Of a stretch of 64,000 nucleotides of DNA, positions 61,564 to 64,000 are shown in pieces (the stretch's first letter is position 1; every line of letters begins with the position of its first letter). Made by a program: the position numbers and the translations under genes. The stretch spans positions 2,976,001-3,040,000 of the forward strand of contig JBHGNT010000003.1 of NCBI GenBank assembly GCA_043228905.1, in the 5' to 3' direction. A model generated the notes under the pieces. That model did not search any database and had not been told where the DNA came from. It worked only from the letters and a program-made list of their open reading frames with translations. The stretch comes from Azolla caroliniana (lineage: Eukaryota > Plantae > Polypodiophyta).

Positions 61564-62121
61564 ATAGGCTATATCTTGATTGGAATAATTGTTGCAGACC
61601 CTGAAAATGGTTATGCAAGTACGATAACCTATATCCTTATTTATATACTCACTAATCTCATAACTTTTGCTTGTGTTACTCTATTTAGTTTGCGAAGTGG
61701 AACTGATAATATTCAAGATTATACGACATCATATACGAAGGATCCTGTTCTAACACTCTCTCGGTTTTCCGTTCACCATCCCTCGGAGGTATTCCTCCAC
61801 TATCTGGTTTTTTTGGTAAACTTTATATTTTTTTGGCACGGATGGAAAGCTAGTTTGTACCCATTAGTTTGGGTAGCACTCATCACAAGTGTCACTTCTA
61901 TTTATTATTATTTAAAAGTAATAAAATTGATGTTCATTGGTAGAATTAAGGAAAACGACATTTCTACAATGAATATAAAAAAGTCATCACTTTTGTCAAT
62001 CTGGATATCCAAGAGTTCTGCTGAAACAGCTATGTTTGTTTGTGCATCAGCATCAATCCTATCATGTATATTTGTAGACCCCATTATCAGTATCACACGC
62101 AAAACACATACTTTTCAGTAG
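61564..62121 (+). pseudogene. ndhB: Nuclear plastid DNA insertion (NUPT): 3' part of ndhB
   Basis: [34 protein letters not shown], (shifted frame) [15 protein letters not shown] and SIYYYLKVIKL match plastid NdhB. Two compensating frameshifts. Confidence 0.9.
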
Positions 62122-62599
62122 TATAGTGGGCTAAGTGGGGTATACAACAAGGAACAATTTATTGAAATAGTGCTTATATATATGGTAGAAATTCAAAAGT
62201 ACGTTTGCATATTTTCAAATCAACCTTTATATATACTTGGTTCACATCGGAAAGCCCTTAATCACAATAAAGTACTTAACGAAAGTGAACAACAATAATT
62301 AAGAATAATCATCCAAATTTAGGGCTCTCCTTCTGCTTCCCTTCTTCCTCCTCTGCTCCTCTCCACCCTTCCTCCTCTGCTGTTGACTACATACCTCTTT
62401 CGATCTTAGCTCTGCTTCATCGCTCCGCCCGCCCTCACATCGCCAGATCTCACGAATGTCTCGACGTTTCCCTCCTCTGCTCATTTCTCGCTGCTCACCT
62501 ATTGCCTGTGTGTCAGCTCGAAACTCAACGATTTGCGTGTGGGGCTTCATACTCTATTGCCTGTTGCTTTAGCAATATCAGGTACCCTACTGAATCATC

Positions 62600-64000
62600 A
62601 TGAAATTCATGTCTAATACTGTTTCTTGAGTAAGTTTTACCCTGTTTTTAAGAGTTCCATTTTTCGCTTGTCTGATGCTGTTATCTCAAAGTTGTACATC
62701 TAAGGGTGTGGTAAGCTCTTTGTATTGTGTTAGGTACATCTTGTCGAATGTCATATGATGGGTGGCTCCGGTATCTACAAACGGTGAAAGGTCGAAACCT
62801 GTTGTGTTGGTTGAAGTGGTATTGAATACATTTCTTCGCCTGATGATGGTGGATTTTGTTGAAGTTGTGCCATCCTAGCTTGAGACCGTTGGCCTGCTTC
62901 ACGTTGTTTTGTTGGACATTCCCTTTCGAAGTGTCCTTGTCTGTTGCAATTATTGCATGTCATTGCTTTGGTGCTTTGATGATTAGATTTGTTTCTTTGC
63001 TTGGTTCTACAATCTTTCTCCCACTGACCTGGTCTGTTGCAGTAATTACAAAGAGATGTTTTTATATTTTGGTGGTTGTAATTGTTTTGATGATTGGTTG
63101 GTGTCAGTTCAACGTGGGAATGGTGGTTGTCATTGCGATCAGAATTGTTGATTGGTTGAGATTGTTGCTGCTGAGCTTGGAGAAGGTATATTCTTGGCGC
63201 ATTTTGTTGATGAGGATTGGGTTTGATAGGATTGGGTTGTGACGAAAGGTCACCAGGTTGATGGTAGTGCCGCTAATAGCACAAACTACATGTTGATTGT
63301 CTGTGAATTCCAGGCCTGTGATGGTGCCTTGTTCTAGTAGTGAGCGCCATGATTGTAGAAATGTTCCAAAATCATCACTGTCTTGCATGTGGAAGGTTGT
63401 GCGTTGATGAAACAGAGCGATAGCATGAATTGTATGTTGGTCTTTTCATATTGTTCGCTTAGATATTCCCACATTTCTTTGGCGGTTTCTTGGTTTGCGA
63501 TGAGGTACATAAGTGAATCTGCTACATGGAATAGGATTTCAGATTGTTATTCTCAGGTTTAGCTTTGCTTCCATCTATGTATGCCCATAGATGTAATCTG
63601 TGCAAGTACATTTTCATCTGTATTTGCCATTTACGATAATTTGTGGCTCTGGTTCATCTGTCAATTCGGATAGATCTAGATACTGATGTGGAGGAGAGTA
63701 TTGTAGCAGCAACAATGTCTGGGTTTTCAACTGTGGCCATGATTGGTTTTCTTTTAGTTTTGAAGTAAAATTTGAGTTTATGAGGTTAGTGTTTCTTATT
63801 TTAGAAGTAAAGTTTGCGTTTATGAGCCTTGTGTTTTTTATTATTGATGGCTTCTTTAATTGTCGTTTCTGTTTGCTGTTCTTTTGTTCTTGTTTTTGCT
63901 GCTGCTGATTTTGAACGTTCTGGTACCATGTGATAATGAATGTATATGAATAGTAACTGATAGAAGTGTTAGTTTTGTTAATGAGTATGAGACTATTAAA
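62600..64000 (-). mobile_element. Degenerate Ty1/copia gag region with PBS and LTR start
   Basis: NYRKWQIQMKMYL..LHLWAYIDG (~63560-63650), zinc knuckle CNNCNRQGHFEREC (62775-62963), PBS-like GTTCTGGTACCA 63917-63928, then TG at 63929. Confidence 0.75.

Noticed and set aside
61366-62121. 251-aa ORF as a functional nuclear NdhB
   Set aside because: Only the 3' part of ndhB is present, it is unedited, has a frameshifted middle segment, a GTG start and no transit peptide.
62299-62550. Basic/charged 83-aa ORF
   Set aside because: Low-complexity purine-rich sequence with no recognisable domain.

Overview
Nuclear DNA of a land plant, most likely a fern or another non-seed plant. This is inferred from an unedited plastid ndhB insertion showing many C-to-U editing-type codons and from the retrotransposon lineages present. 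The left half (1-33 kb) is a same-strand tandem cluster of intronless DUF247/UPF0481 genes. It has three intact ORFs (8182-9660, 12303-13817, 31334-32824), two damaged copies, isolated 5' and 3' fragments and several very decayed relics, all embedded in repeated promoter/3'-flank modules. One relic has been turned into a near-perfect ~89-bp-arm hairpin about 1.2 kb upstream of an intact copy. The cluster is interspersed with a hAT MITE, solo LTRs, LINE fragments, a UBA2-like RRM pseudogene and a cryptic 2OG-Fe(II) oxygenase-like relic. The right half (34-64 kb) is a nest of LTR retrotransposons: Tnt1/Tork-like Ty1/copia copies (one structurally complete, with TSD), a structurally complete tRNA-Trp-primed Ty3/gypsy with a 4-bp TSD, a probable Tat-like element with an antisense coiled-coil ORF, and an ndhB NUPT. 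All alignments were done by eye and no database searches were run.
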